Shown piece by piece: positions 63,453 to 64,000 of a DNA stretch of 64,000 nucleotides. The translations under genes were made by a program, and so were the position numbers. The stretch spans positions 95,914,001 to 95,978,000 of the forward strand of contig NC_043003.1 in NCBI RefSeq assembly GCF_006345805.1, given 5' to 3'. The DNA is from Octopus sinensis. Lineage: Eukaryota. Below the pieces are notes generated by a model. That model ran no database searches, was not told the DNA's origin, and worked only from the letters and a program-made list of their open reading frames with translations. The stretch's first letter is position 1, and each line of letters begins with the position of its first letter.

Positions 63453-64000
63453 ATTAGTAATGCAATATGAAAGTATTGCTTTCCAGTAAAGAATAGCCCG
63501 CGAGAGAAAATTATACATAGAAGTAAATATATGGCACAACGAAGTACCGATATTTACTGGAAATAGCGAACGTAATAATACGACGCTAATGTATAGCTTC
63601 ACCGCGTATGTACTAGCAAAAATGCGTGAATGCAGCAAACTTGAAAAAAATTGTCTTACCTCCAGGAAGAACATCTGAAAGATGAAATACCTAGAAAAGG
63701 ATAATGTGGGACCGGAGCCGGTTTCAGATTTTTCAAGATATGCCTGCACACATATACTTGATCTATCTTCATCAGCCAAACATATACCACGAAAACATTT
63801 CAGATGTTACCACATTAATGCCAATACACACGACTGAAACGCCGAAACGCTAACAGAACGAGCTGTTCTTTACTGGAAAGCAATACTTTCGTATTGCATT
63901 ACTAATTTTATTGAAGCTTCTTCACCGTTCTCGTTTTGTTAGCGTTTTGGCGTTTCAGTCGAGTGTATTAGCATTAATGTGGTAACATCTGAAATGTTGT
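63453..64000. mobile_element. PLE-type non-coding element with interleaved inverted repeats (runs off the window)
   Basis: 63453-63498 is inverted at 63862-63907; 63795-63862 is inverted at 63928-63998; hammerhead in between. Confidence 0.65.
63670..63808 (-). ncRNA. Canonical type I hammerhead ribozyme
   Basis: Minus strand AUGU(UU)GG-CUGAUGA-AGAU[long hairpin UCAAG/CUUGA, AUAUG/CAUAU]AUCU-GAAA-CCGG(CU)CCGG-UC-CCACAU; distal 11-bp helix AACAUCUGAAA/UUUCAGAUGUU. Predicted cleavage between 63710 and 63709. Confidence 0.8.

Overview
AT-rich, microsatellite-saturated eukaryotic non-coding DNA (intergenic or deep intron). The repeat complement looks like an octopus/cephalopod genome; this is inferred from remembered repeat families, not from a search. 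No intact host gene can be supported, and almost all long ORFs in the track are microsatellite or repeat artefacts. The window is a nest of mobile elements: several tRNA-derived SINE families (one with about 20 copies), RTE LINE fragments and their (GAT)n-tailed 3' ends, Dong/R4-type and Tx1-type LINE relics, a fragmented hAT transposon, two Tc1 copies, mariner and piggyBac-type MITEs, a solo LTR with a 4-bp TSD, and an internally deleted Helitron. The most notable signal is a set of Penelope-like (PLE) elements and palindromic derivatives carrying type I hammerhead ribozyme folds: a canonical GUC hammerhead at 63670-63808, plus variants at 30802/32814, 58111 and 50899. The main PLE is a large fold-back inside a multi-template-switch rearrangement. 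Also notable are a 368-bp near-perfect palindrome and a structured RNA module shared by two SINE families. Repeat boundaries were read by eye and may be off by a few to tens of bases.
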